Source: Podarcis muralis (taxonomy: Eukaryota). From it: 64,000 nucleotides of DNA. Below are positions 35,841 to 48,585 of this stretch, piece by piece (within the stretch, counting starts at the first letter, position 1; each line of letters starts with the position of its first letter). The translations under genes were made by a program, and so were the position numbers. The notes under the pieces were generated by a model. That model was not told where the DNA came from. It saw only the letters and a list, made by a program, of their open reading frames with translations, and did no database searches. Where the stretch lies: assembly GCF_964188315.1 (NCBI RefSeq), contig NC_135665.1, positions 32,612,001 to 32,676,000 on the forward strand, in the 5' to 3' direction.

Positions 35841-36889
35841 ATTGGCAATATCCTGCCCTAGAAGATGCTTGGGAAATTGATCTTTCCAAATCCTTCTGCA
35901 AAATGACCTGCTAACTCCTGGCTAATGCCTTGACTACAGATTGAAGTTAAGGAGGAAAGAGTCTAATCATGACCTTGGGGTCGGATAGCATGCTGAGCCA
36001 AACTTTGGCCTAGATACTGCACCATATTGCACTAAAGGGACTGGGGAGAAGCACAGAGGGTGTGAGCTGCTCTCTAGGATCCAACTCATTCATGCAATCC
36101 ATCCAAGTAAACCATAATTTGGTTTACCATGATGTTCAGATCAGGCTATAATCTGATTCCCCATCTGTAGTACCAATTTCCTTGGTCTTGGGAGACAAAA
36201 GCATGTGCATCAATTTATAATGCAAATCGGGTGGCTTTTAACACACCACTAAAGGTTCTTTTTTTTGTTTTTTCAGCCATGTGTAGTGGCTTTGAGAAAA
36301 GAGTCTGACTCACATGGTAAGCTGCTGCCATCGAACAGTTCCCCATGCAGCCACACAACCACCGTGTGGAGCTATACAGCATGATAAAAATCACTGATTA
36401 GCCTAACACTGCTGAAATATAAGAACTGATAACATGATGCAATAACCTCAATGAAACGAAACCAGTCTGGGTCTGGTCACTGCCTATAAGAGAGACCATC
36501 TTGAAACTTCTCATAATCCATGGAGGCTAGGTGAGTTAGAAATGGAATTAATGAGAATATACAAGGCGCTTGCTCTCAGTCCGTGTCAAAACAAGGGCTA
36601 AATTTTAAAGGTGACCTCACTTTCCTAGTGTCGTCTTTGGACCAATAGTCAGCAAAACTCTAACACTGGAAAAGTAAATGTTAGTTGCTAACCAGATGAA
36701 AGTTGTCTTTATTCTTGGGTTGATTATTCCTTCTCTCTCAGCAGGTCTATGAACGATGAGCTGGAGGTGAGCTTCAAATGATCTGTCAGCAGCTACCAAG
36801 CTTTTCCAAGCTTCCCCCTGCACCTCGCATTTGAAATAACAGTTTTCCCTGCATCGTGATTTTTGCATAGTGTGTGCGCACACACCTAC

Positions 36890-36996
36890 ACATCATGATT
36901 CGCGATATATTGCCAGGTCAAAAATGATGAAACCAATATCATGCTATGGACTTAAAACTGGATTTGGACAATATATCGATATATCACCCAGCCCTA
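36890..36996. mobile_element. hAT-like MITE end (gatatatcacccagcccta)
   Basis: TAGGGCTGGG-type terminus with a palindromic atatatcgatatat. Confidence 0.5.
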
Positions 36997-37126
36997 TTCA
37001 TGTAGCAGAATCAGTGCAGTTTGTGTGCATTTCACTGCACTGCACACAAACAAGCCTGTTGTGTGAATACACTTTGTCATCAGTTGTGAGAGTGGCTAGA
37101 TGTCAATCTCTGTAGAACACCACCAA

Positions 37127-37285
37127 GAGGAAGGGCTGTAGCTTTGTCTTCAAAGGGTCCCGGATTCAATATGTGGCATCAGCAGGGGATTGTCTGAAAC
37201 CCTGGGAAGCAACTGCCGGTCAGTGTGGACAATATTGAGGTTGATGGCTCAATGGTCTGATGCAGAATAAGGCAGCTTCCTCTGT
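37127..37285 (+). mobile_element. Squam2-like SINE, internally deleted
   Basis: aagggctgtagct head and ctgaaaccctgg...cagtgtggacaat...aatggtctga...taaggcagcttcct tail. Confidence 0.7.
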
Positions 37286-38438
37286 AGGAAATGTTCAGCA
37301 GTGGACGTACACATCAGAGAAAGCTATGATCCAATAGCGAATCCCGTCCTATGGAATATACGGAAGAGATTTTGTGTGTGTTCAAAAATGCCGCTTGGCC
37401 CTATACGTTGTTGTGGAATATTCCCACAAATCCTTTTGGAAGTTCAGCCTGTTTCAGCCAGCAGAGAACACAGCAAGAAGGGACAGGTCAGCTCTCACCC
37501 TAGAGAACAACCAATGCGTCAACTCAGGAGCTATTTTTATAGCAACTTGTTCTATAAATAAGCTCACAAAGAATTGCCAAAGGAAACGAAAGCCCCCACA
37601 GCACTTCTCAAGAGAATGTCTCTGGGGGAAGGGCTGGGCCGGAGGAGAAGGGTAGAGACAGACAGGTTCCGTTGTTTACTGTAGAGTGTTATTGCAATGT
37701 GCCTTGGCAGAATCAGATCAAAAGTGTGAAGTACAATGGGCAAAAAAAGGGGTCAAGTATAAGCTCTGGTATTCCGACATCCCTGCAGATAAGAAGAGAA
37801 AGCTTATCCAGACATTCACTTCCTAGCAATCTCTCCATCTTTGAAATCATGTCCAGCAAGAGCACTATATTTGTTAGAAAGTCATGACCTTTCTTGTTTA
37901 TATCAAAAGAAAGACACGTTCAATAAATCGTTCCTATTCTTTCCCCCAAAAGTTACTGTCGGTGTCCTCAGCTGTTATTGTGGAGAGTTATTTGCCAGTT
38001 TCCCTGCACTGAATCTCTGAAAGTAAAAGTATTCAACCTCCAAGAACTATCACTGCAACTGCACTATGGGGCCTACCTTTATTTTATTTTTAAGTATGCA
38101 TGATCCTTTGAACTGGGATAAAAACTGAGTTTTGTGCATGCAACATTAATCTTGAAACCTTAATATCCACATTGTAGCTAGTCTAACACAACCCAATGTG
38201 TAGTTCACATAACATTGCCACCTTATTTTCTTTAAATATTTTTTAAAAAAGAATTGCTTTGTTCCTCCCCCCCCAAAAAAAATCTGCATTATGTAGGACT
38301 ATTGATAATAATAAATAATTGGAAGTAGTGATTAGCCCAAAGCATAGAGGTCAAAGCACAAACATTTGTCCACCTGCCTCGGGGCATTGTGCAAACGTGG
38401 GAGAGCTATACGTTCCCCCATATCATTGGTAGTAGCAG

Positions 38439-38924
38439 TTGTTCTGGGTGCCACAATTTAAGAAGTATATTGACAAGCTGGAACATGTACAGAGGAGGGC
38501 CACCAAGATGATCAAGGGACTGGAAACTAAGCCTTACGACGAGCACTTGAAGCAGCTGGGTATGTTTCGCTGGGAAAAGAGGAGACTGAAAGGAGATATG
38601 GTAGCCATGTTTAAATATCTAAAGGGATGTCAGAGGGAAGATGGAGCAAGCTTGTTTTCGCCTGCTCTGGAGGGTAGGACTCAAACCAAGGGCTTGAAGT
38701 TACAAGAAAGGAGATTCTGACTAAACATCAGGAAGAACTTTCTGACAGTAAGGGCTGTTCAACATTGGAACAGTGTCCCTTGGGAGGTTGGGGACTCTTC
38801 TTCACTGGAAGTTTTTTAGCAGAGGTTGGATGGCCATCTGTCATGAATGCTTTAGCTGAAATTCCTGCATAACAGGGATGGACTAGATGACCCTTTGGGT
38901 CCCTTCCAACTCTACAATTCTATG
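38439..38924 (+). mobile_element. 5'-truncated CR1 LINE (ORF2 C-terminus and 3' UTR)
   Basis: Translates FWVPQFKKYIDKLEHVQRRATKMIKGLETKPYDEHLKQLGMFRWEKRRLKGDM, a canonical CR1 RT C-terminus. 3' end cccttccaactctacaattctatg. Confidence 0.95.
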
Positions 38925-39210
38925 GTAGCTGCTGGGGATGAATCTGTTTCAAGCTCTGTCTGCAATAACTCTTGTGGCGGGAGCCTTTTTTTAGGACATA
39001 CATCCTTTTAAGGTGAAGCTCTTGTCATTAAAATACACTAAATTCTATGAGTCTATGATTCCTGCTCAGTTCCTATCTGCCTTGGCTTCACCTAAATCAA
39101 GAAGGGCTAGAAAATGTTGACATTTCATTGGATGCCACAATTTGATACCCCCACCCCTTTCATTCTAAGCAGAAGAGGGAGGCAACATGTCTGCTGCCCC
39201 TTCTCAACAA

Positions 39211-39347
39211 CAGATGCAAGGAACATTTGTCCCTCCAGGTGTTCCTGAACTATAACTCCCAGAAGTCCCAGAAGGTATTGTCCATGGCCTGGGATCATGG
39301 AGTTATAGTTCAGGAACATCTGGAGGCACAAAAGCTTTCCACAGCTG
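39211..39347. mobile_element. Palindromic hAT-type MITE
   Basis: cctccaggtgttcctgaactataactccc pairs with ggagttatagttcaggaacatctggagg, with cag...ctg ends. Weaker relatives at ~25085-25185 and ~52790-52915. Confidence 0.75.
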
Positions 39348-39873
39348 CCCTGGAACCTGCCAGGGGAATTCGCCTGCATGTAACTTTTGTCACTGCCAAC
39401 CACTATTTCATTCTACAAATTATCTATCATTGTTATTATTATTAATGTGAATACTCTGTCCTTAAACAGGTTCCAGAGTTAGCTTATGAAAAGTCGCAAA
39501 ACATATTAAAACAAAGCTATTAAATGGCTACAATATAAAAGAGCACTAGGAAATCCGTCAGTAAATATAACCCTTTTTTGACAGACTGTAATGAAGTAAT
39601 ACTGCATGAAACGGAATTTGCAACTTTTGTTTTACCTGATTGATCAAATTACATTAAACAACAGGGCTAGTAATGTGCTGCAGGGCACTTCATTGATGAA
39701 CAGGAATCGGATGGAACACTGTGAGGGCAAAATAAACAAGATTAGTTCATAGGACTTCAAGACATAATGACTCACACATTCAGGAAGGGTCTGCTGACAA
39801 TATATTTTGGAACAATTGGGTAGTAGGAAGGAAGCATGAGTGGGTGGAAGAGAAGTGGCTGATACTCATATGA

Positions 39874-39922
<49 letters not shown>

Positions 39923-39932
39923 TCACACACAC
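39874..39932. repeat. (CT)n(CA)n compound microsatellite
   Basis: Direct observation. Confidence 0.95.
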
Positions 39933-42900
39933 ATGCACAAAGTCACTGATGTAGAACCTAAAGGTGTTAAACAACTTTTCTAGCAATTTTTCCAAATGAT
40001 TTGAAAAAAGAAAAATGCAACTATTGCCAAGTTTCTTTGCTAATGTTTCAGTAGCATGGGAATTTTCACAGCATTAATTTTGCTGTTTTCTGCTACTGGA
40101 AAAAAATGTGATTACCCTGATCTCCAAGAAAGTGCAAGTGTTCCATTTGTCTGTGCCCTGTGGCTAAGTGGGTACGCTAGCATCACACCAGTGGCACTTA
40201 TTGGACAGTTCCTGTGTGTCACTTCTCATGTGCTACAACTCCTCCTTCATTCCCATGCTATTTTTAAAACTCCGTTTCTTTCCTTATTAGTTTTTGGATG
40301 TGTTCGTGTGTGGTGGGGTGTTTGTGTGCATGTCCATATATAGGAATAGCTTATCTGATGACGCCGTTCCACTTCTTAGCTGTTCTGATTATTTTATCAT
40401 TTGTGTGTTTGCTGCCCTTTGGCTCCTTTGGGAGTAAGGACAGGGTACAAAACAAATAAATAACTATTATCAGATAAAACATGTATAAAAATTTGTGCAT
40501 GTGTGTTCTTTCAAAATATGTAAATATGCATGTGGATTTTTAGGGTGACATCCAGTTGTGCCCAGCTGTGAACGGAATGGGCTTCTGCTCATGCAGAGTA
40601 ACTTGTCATTTCTCTCTTCCCTTTTACGGCTCCTTGCATGGATATCAAATCAGCTTGGGAGGGTTGGGGGCTCTCTGGGGCATATTCGGGAGGCACAGGG
40701 GCTGCAGGGGGGAGGAGGAAGGGCAACTCCCATCACCCATATTTTGAGATTTAAAAAATAATAATAATTGAAAGTGCTGGAATTATATGGGTAAAAGCCA
40801 GCAAAAGTGATACAGACTTGAAAGAGATGGCTTCACCCATCCCTAATAACTCCCCACTAGAACTACTTAGGAGACTCGTTTAAGGTGAGATGTGGGCAGT
40901 CTTCAAAGGACCATGTGGATGGCAGCGTGCAGGTAATTGACAGGGTTAAAAGCACTTAGATCACCGTAAATGATGATGAAATAAAGCAAGCACCAGACTT
41001 TTCTTTACAGCAAAATGGTCAAGAGAATCTTGCACTGCTTGATGCTTTGGGGGGAGGGACCTAGGAATTCTATAACAGTGCAAATTTAGTTTTTAAAGTA
41101 GAAAACATGCTAAAAGTCTTGAAAGGTCTGTCCATCATTGTTCTTTTCAGAGGCTTTTAAACAAATGGAGGAGGGGGTGGATTGCTGTTACAAAACATAT
41201 AGTAAGTGAACTAATGACCTGCTTCTACAGGGAATGCACAGTATTCAAAGGCACTTAGGTGTATCTAGATTAACAAATGATAAGGGGGGAAAAAACCCAT
41301 GAACCATTTACAAAGCCATACTGGTTCTTTGTTTCCAGTTGCAATCATAACCTCATAATTGTGAAGTAGGAAGGGAATAGTGTGAAGCCACAGGGAACCT
41401 AAAAGCTTCGTGCCATGTAACTCACCAGCTTGTCTGCAGCCTTTCAGTTCCACTATCTAAGTGCTACGTACTCTAGTTAAAACCTTGTGTTTATCTCCAC
41501 TGGTCTCCTGTTTTGGGGCCTGGCGTTCATTACTTTTCTTCCCCCCAGAGGGAACCATATGTTAGAATCTAAATGAATAACTAAAGTAAATGATAACAGT
41601 TATGCACATTCCAGATCTAGTTAAGTGTAAATGTCTTTTGCGAGTGCTCTCTCCCTCCCCCACCAGGCAAAATAATTCCTGCAGCATTGCCAGGTTTGGT
41701 TTTTAGGGTTCACAGCAACGATTGATGGAACGAAGAAGGGAAGGTGGATGACAATATGGCAGGCAGCTTAAGAAGTGACAATATGCCTCCTGAGTTATGA
41801 GAAGACACAACACTCAGCGACATGCTATTGCAGCATCTCTGATGCACTCATTCCATCTTCCTAGAAAGCAGGCCTTCATGACACTTTCAGCAATCACTGA
41901 TAACACTGAGAACAAGGTGTTCTCACCTTGTCATGCCCTTTCTCATGTTTTCTTTACAGGCTGGTAGTTCTCTATTTTAGTTTTATTTATATGCATATGA
42001 AGGAACCATGCAGTTGCTATAGTTTGCCCTGTTTCATCCTGGGCAACCCACATCAGTGGGAATCACTGGGAACAGGCATGCAAACTTGACTCCTCATGCT
42101 CCAACAACCTTGTCCAAAGGTATCCTGCTCTCTCAGACATCTGCTTTCCCTTGTGATTATCGTTATACCTGAAAATGCCTCCCTGAATGCCATTTCACTT
42201 CTTTCCTTCCATCGCTTCTCAGAAGCTATCTTTCCCATGAAACCTCATGACATCCCCCATACTGCATGTTATGTGAGTGGAATTCCCTGATCTGGACTTT
42301 GAGCAGTATTCTGCTCAATATGAATCACTATGGATCACTATGCTCTTCATGTCAATAAAGATTTCCAAAGTTTTACTGCAAATTATCCTTAAACTTGTTA
42401 CAAAGAAACCTGTTGTAAATACAAATCAACACATTGCTCTTAAACAACCAGTAATGCAATTCAGTTTTCCTTAAGTTTTTACTTGTCAGGAACTCTCTGG
42501 TCCCAGAGAGAGATTCAGATAAACAAGTTGCTTCCTCAGTATTCTGGCAACTTTTGAGCGAGACCCAGACTGCCAGGAATGAGTCAATTAATTAGCATAA
42601 CATTGAAACAAACATTCCACCCTCTTTTTGCAGCTTAACATCTTTTGCACATGCTGCAGTTCAAATGCAAACCTCCATTAAGTTTCATTCACAATGCATA
42701 CAAACATAGCATTTTATGCACATTACATGGCAGGTGTCCTGAACCTTTCCCCTCCGAGCCCTGGGGCTGTGTTCACCCTTGCTCAACTCTCTAGAGACCA
42801 CATTCCAGTGGGGACAGGAGTTCAGCGCCAAAATGTGACCATAGCCACTAGGAGCTATCAATTTCAGTTCTCAGTTTCTTATTTCTACAATCTTAAATTC

Positions 42901-43438
42901 TGTTGTCCACATTTTAGCACCAATGTGCAAACTTTTAAAATCAAAATATCCTCATGAAAATCCATCAGATTTTAGTATAAAATTCAACTTATAAATGCAT
43001 TGTTGTAAGCAGTTTAACCTAATATACACATTTTTGAAAACAATGGTCATGATGATTATGAATCACAGAATCTTTGTTATTATTCTCCTTCCTCCTGATT
43101 CGTGGAAGGAGAGATCTCCAAATATTTCAAAAGGACACCAATAAAGAGCTGAAGCTGTGCATTTCCTTTTTTAAAAAAGGTAATACAAGATACCTGAACT
43201 AACATGGCCACAAGTATTTATTCACTGACAGACAAAAGGGAGCTGGTTAAATTGCTTCCCAAATTGATATAAGGAGCAACTTGAGCCTTCAGCAATGCAG
43301 TGAAGAATGCAACACAGTTGTTTCTTCCCACATGTGTAAAGAACCCTTTGGACCAGGGCCTCAGGTATTTCTAATAGATGCCTAAGGATGGCCTTTTGCA
43401 CACTAAAGGCTTCTAGGGATTTTTAAAAACTTCTTCAC

Positions 43439-43580
43439 AAGAACATAATGAGAGCTCTGCTGGATCAGAGCAAAGGCTGATCTAGCCCACCATTCTCTTC
43501 TCTGCGTTGCCAATCAGATTATTCTAGAACTCCCCGCAAGCTTCACACAAGCACAACATCACTCTCCCCATCTTGGATGC
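43439..43580 (-). mobile_element. Degenerate CR1-type 3' end
   Basis: aagaacataatgagagctctgctggatcag...tctagccc, same family as 48410-48585. Confidence 0.6.
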
Positions 43581-45315
43581 AAGAAAGGAGCAAGCTGCGT
43601 GACGGAGAGATTTTAGTTACCTCTCTGTTTGGATGTGGATAACACAGCTGTGAGCTGAAGACAAGAGACTGCTCAGCATGCAGTTCAACAAATGTAGGTG
43701 AAACGCCGTCATTACACCATCGCAGTCAGACTGAGGGTTGTGTTTGCTGTGGAATGGTGCTGTAAATAGGTGAAGTGGAATAATCTCTAAATGAAGAAAT
43801 CCGAGAAAATTAGAATTCTGCCTGGGGCGATACCTGACAGCCAGGAGGAAAGTTAAGTCAATCATGTCACTTGCTTCAACACAGTGGGAGCTCGGGGTGA
43901 AAACATTATGAATGGGTGAAACCTCATTTTGATAGTAAAATCTACACACATGAAGCTTGCTGTGTTGAATGCATCATATCGGATTTGGTTAGCAAACTGC
44001 GTTACAGATCATGAGTCGAATAGGAAAGATGGGGCTGGAATGCCATCGTTTTTTGACCTGAGTGGTGGTGGTTTGCTCAAAGGTGAAGAAGAATATGTTC
44101 AGACATCTACCTAGCCTGGCTGATCCTTTCATGTAGCAGTAAAATGGATAGGACACACACTCTACTTTCTGCCTAAGTTTGCCATATTCCAGCTCTGCAA
44201 ATCTAGACAGGTTAATTTCCATATTACACATTTTTTGTCAATTATGCACATCAAGTTGTGGGTTGGGAAATGGCTGAGCACCCTTCTGCTGATTTTCCAC
44301 AATAGCAAGCCATTGTGCTTTTCTTACATGTTGCATGGCAAAGTATTATTTAAGCCTCAGAGGTGAAATAAAAACAAATGCTACTTTAAATTGTAACAAA
44401 CCTAAGGATGAGTAAGCAGGATTTACTTTTGTATATAAGATTGCACTGTTATTCTAATAAAGGAACCCTCAACTCATGTGCATATGCACCAGCATATACA
44501 ACTCAGATCAAAACTTCATTAGCTTACCACGCAATTGTTTGATAACACTGTTTTGCCTTCCTTCCTTCCTCTTCCCACAGCCCACTTGTTTTATATGTGA
44601 AAACATATGTGGAGCATGACTGAATATGGTCATGTGCCAGAGGAAGGGGTCTCGTGAAAAGCATGCTTGAATGTGGAACAGAAAATGGTGAGGTAAGGGT
44701 TATACAATGCTAAATAACAAGCCTGTGCATATTTCTTTGAAACTGGTTCTGTCCCTGCTCAGATTTGTACACTATTGGAAATTCTAAGCTGTCAGTTACC
44801 TTGCAAATCCATGTTACCTTCCCATTTTCTCTCCCCGTTGGTCAAGTTTTGGTGTTGAAACTTGCTTCATGTGTGGGAACAAGCTGACGTGGAACATAGT
44901 CTACCCCCTAGTAAGCAATAGTAATGCAAGCAACCAGAGGTCAGGTGAGTGGCAGTGTCGCACCACACTGATTAGAATCCAAAAAAAGTGTCCAGAAATA
45001 GGGTGGAACAGATGGTGATGATTCCACTCATGAAATAGCCACATGGTTTATGGAGTAAAACATAAGAACAGCGTCATCCAATAAAATGAAACAAATCATA
45101 TCAATAAAAACCGCAATCCCATTAAAATAGCAGTAAAATCAGCACAGTGAAATAAAAGCAGTCTTAAATGAATAAATAAAACCTCAGAAAAAGGAGGATC
45201 TCCAATTCTGTTGGAGCAAAGAGGAAGCTAAAACAAACTCTCTCAGGTTTCAGTTCACTGGGGCTGCCACAGCAAAAGCCCTGCTCCTTGTGGAGGCTAA
45301 TCTACTTTCAATATA

Positions 45316-45544
45316 CAGTGGTACCTCTGGTTAAGAACTTAATTCGTTCTTAACCTGAAACTGTTCTTAACCTGAAGCACCACTTTAGCTAATGGGGCCT
45401 CTCGCTGCCACCACGCCGCTGGATCACGATTTCTGTTCTCATCCCGAAGCAAAGTTCTTAACCTGAGGTACTATTTCTGGGCTAGCGGAGTCTGTAACCT
45501 GAAGCGATTGTAACCTGAAGAGTCTGTAACCCGAGGTACCACTG
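45316..45544 (+). mobile_element. Tigger/pogo-like MITE inserted in a degenerate L2-like fragment
   Basis: TIRs cagtggtacctctggttaag / taacccgaggtaccactg with TA TSD. Confidence 0.92.
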
Positions 45545-46267
45545 TATGATGGAATCTGGGGCAATGCCACCTCAAAACATCGTAAATGCTGAGGGATGGG
45601 TGGGCATGCCTGGGAATGATCAGAGATAAGACAAATCCATCACTTTGAATTAGGCCAGAATCTAGTGTAGGACATGATAGGGCACTACACTAAATCCCAA
45701 CTCTCTATATAGCAATGTGTTTTGGTTTCTTATGTAAAAGATAGATGGTGTAACCAGCAGCCATCAATACTGCAAAGACACCGCTTGCTAATTTCGCTCT
45801 GGCATCAGTGGCAGTCTGGAATGAACACTTACTATATAAACTGGAGCACACAGTAAACTATTAATGGGACAGTGGTGAGGAAATGAAAGAAGAATGGTAA
45901 AGCATGAAACCACTGAGATGATGATGTTTGCAGTTCACAACTGTGCCCCAAGCAAGCCTCTTGGAAATATTTGCAAGCAGCCTGTGCACTCCACTGCTTT
46001 CCCAATGTATCACTGCAGGCATAAATAAATATTGATTGATTGATTGCATGATCGGTGTGCATGGTGCTTTATACAAGAGGACAATCACGGACCATTTGCC
46101 AGCCCACCTGAGCTACACTTCATTCAAGCACCAAGATATCTATGGCTGACAAATGGAACTGAAAAGGTGCTGAATGGCTAAAAGTAGCATTTTAAGACAG
46201 CAACCTTTCATCTCCATCCTTCTCTCCTCTGCCTGCCTGCCTATAGTTATATATACTATAATATAAG

Positions 46268-46414
46268 CAGTGCTTTTTTCCCTGGGGGTATGCAGGGGTA
46301 CACATACCCCTAAACATTTTGTGAATCTAAGTTTGGCCTCATTGGGGGCAGTATTTCAATATGAGTAGAAAATGAAAGTACCCCTAAACATTTTTTTTAA
46401 TAAAAAAAGCACTG
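46268..46414 (+). mobile_element. Complete hAT-superfamily MITE (147 bp)
   Basis: TIRs cagtgctttttt / aaaaaagcactg and a perfect 8-bp TSD aatataag (46260-46267, 46415-46422). Confidence 0.93.
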
Positions 46415-47256
46415 AATATAAGTGGGTTTGAGCAGACATGAGGAACAGGGTCCAGAAGCCACTTTGCCGTGTGTTATATAACTTTGGGTAACTTTCCCTG
46501 CAAATGTTTCAGGGTCCTTTAGCCCTTCTCCATCTACTACCAATTCACGAAGCGTAAGTAAAAGTAGCCCTATATAAACAACACAGATGGAAGTGATGCT
46601 AACGGTACAATGTCAGCAGTATCCACAGATTGACAGCATGAGTTATGTTGCCAGATGCACAGAATGTTGCACTACTTGTTCTTTATAAACGAGACTTGAT
46701 GGAGTATGTCAATGTCAAACTCCTTGCTGATTTACACACGAACATACAGAGACAGGCACACTGACAGTCACTTACGTTCCTGTGATCTATATCAGCTATA
46801 CCATCTGCTTTCTGCTTTGCATGTGGTAGCGAACTAACTATCCTACTGTGCATGGTTATCACAGATTACATGCTGTGGAAGTAAGCGACAACAGTGTTCT
46901 CTCCCTCCCCTTATTCTACTCTCTCTTTCCCTATTTTAGTGTTAGAAAACAAGCTGTTTATCATCTATCATCCATGATGTACATATATTTGACATGTATT
47001 TCTGAAACTTGATTTTTGGTTTTTTCCCTGTTGTTTTTTTTTTGCTGTTGCCTTTGCCAGTGCAGCTTATTCACACTGATCAGACAAGGAATTTCAATCT
47101 GTGCTTAACAGAAATTCCCTGGCTTCTAGCACAGTTCTTCTATCAATTTCTGCGCACCCTGATGAAGCTCTTTTTTTAAAAAAAGAAACCACATTTAATA
47201 CAGCTCCTCTATCCTCCACAAAGAGACAATTTGCACAACTGCATTTTCATTTTGGG

Positions 47257-47257
<1 letters not shown>

Positions 47258-47305
<48 letters not shown>
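47258..47305. repeat. (AAT)n microsatellite
   Basis: Direct observation. Confidence 0.98.
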
Positions 47306-47630
47306 TGCAGTCACCTCATCAGGGCTGGCTCCAGGTTCCTACCAGATGTGAGGAGTCAGCAGGGCTTGCTGGAAGAGGAAAACAATAGAAGTAGTAGTAG
47401 CAGTGGCAGCAGCTATGATCTTTTGTTGAGTACCAGGTGGCCACCATTGCAATTAGAGGGGAGGGGTTGTGAGCAGGCATTCCTGCTCCCTGCTTCTGTT
47501 ACCTGACTGCTGCGCCGCACCCCCTGCAGCCAGCCAATCAGTCTGACCTGGGGGTGGGGTTTAGCCACACTCTAGCAGCCGCGGTGGCACTGCCCACTCA
47601 TTTGGTCCCAGGAGGTTAGGCATTGGAATA

Positions 47631-48010
47631 TGTGTGGTATGTTTGAGGGCAGGTTGTGGCCAGCACCTACCCCTCCCCTTTTGGGTATTCCTTTAAAGGG
47701 ATCTGGCGGTCGTGGATCCTGTCCGATGCCCTGCTGGTGGCAAGGCCATGGAATGACCCCCACTGACAACAGGGGAAGCTTCCAGTTGTATTTGCATCAA
47801 CAAGCTCCTCCCACTGGTTGTTAACCCATTAATGACTCCTGCAGAGCGGGGTCGAGTCATGTAGAGATCGTTTCATCCAATGCCTAAGCCAATACACATG
47901 CTGTAACCAATAAAGTTGTGGCCTTATTTAGCCCATTAACCTAAAATACATGTGTCTTTGTGTCTTATTTATCTCCAAGCGGGTAGTGGTTCCGCGACTC
48001 ACAACCCACA
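47631..48010 (+). mobile_element. ERV-like solo LTR (boundaries approximate)
   Basis: AATAAAGTTGTGGCC at 47909-47923, gggtattcctttaaagggatc (47683-47703) shared with the 9170 LTR, tgtg...caca ends. TSD not resolved. Confidence 0.65.
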
Positions 48011-48409
48011 ATGCACTGGAGCTGTATAGCATTAACCTGGGGCATTCCAGGCAACTGCAATGACAGCAGGTTGACACTGAAAAGGGAGTCCAGGGCAGCA
48101 GCAGCAGCCGCAGCTGTGGTGGGTTCTTGGCACCTGCCTGAAGTTGCCACCTTCTGCCAGCAGCCTGCACCTCACAATAAGGCTCACGTGAAGATCAGTC
48201 TTCCTCCCAATGCACAGCACACCCATCATGCCTTGACTCTCCGTACCAATAGACTTGGATCCAGTCAGACCATACTACAAACTGCTTTGATCTATGAGTC
48301 TTCACATGTATCAAAAGCAACTCAAAGTTCTGCTGGAATATTTCACATAATGCTTAATTTGAAACAGGGCTCCCATTTAAACAGATTTCTATGGCAAGAC
48401 TGAGTCTTA

Positions 48410-48585
48410 CACATAAGACTCATAAGAAGGAACATAAGAACATAAGAAGGACCTGCCAATAGTCCCTTTAGTCCAGCATCCTCGTTTCACAGTGGCCAAC
48501 CAGATGCCTGCAAGCTGCAAATTAGCACAACAGCACTCTGCCCACCTGCCATTCCCAGCAATTCATATTCAGAAGCATCTGAACA
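48410..48585 (-). mobile_element. CR1-type 3' end with repeated acataaga tail
   Basis: acataagactcataagaaggaacataagaacataagaag followed by agtccagcatcc...cagtggccaaccagatgcc. Confidence 0.75.

Noticed and set aside
37301-37655. Two overlapping open frames in CpG-containing sequence
   Set aside because: No homology recognised and no consistent acceptor/donor pair
47158-47192. ctgatga...gaaac, resembling a hammerhead core
   Set aside because: Stem II would be only a T-run/A-run with no closing G-C pair, and no stem I or III is present. The ttttttaaaaaa motif is common throughout this window
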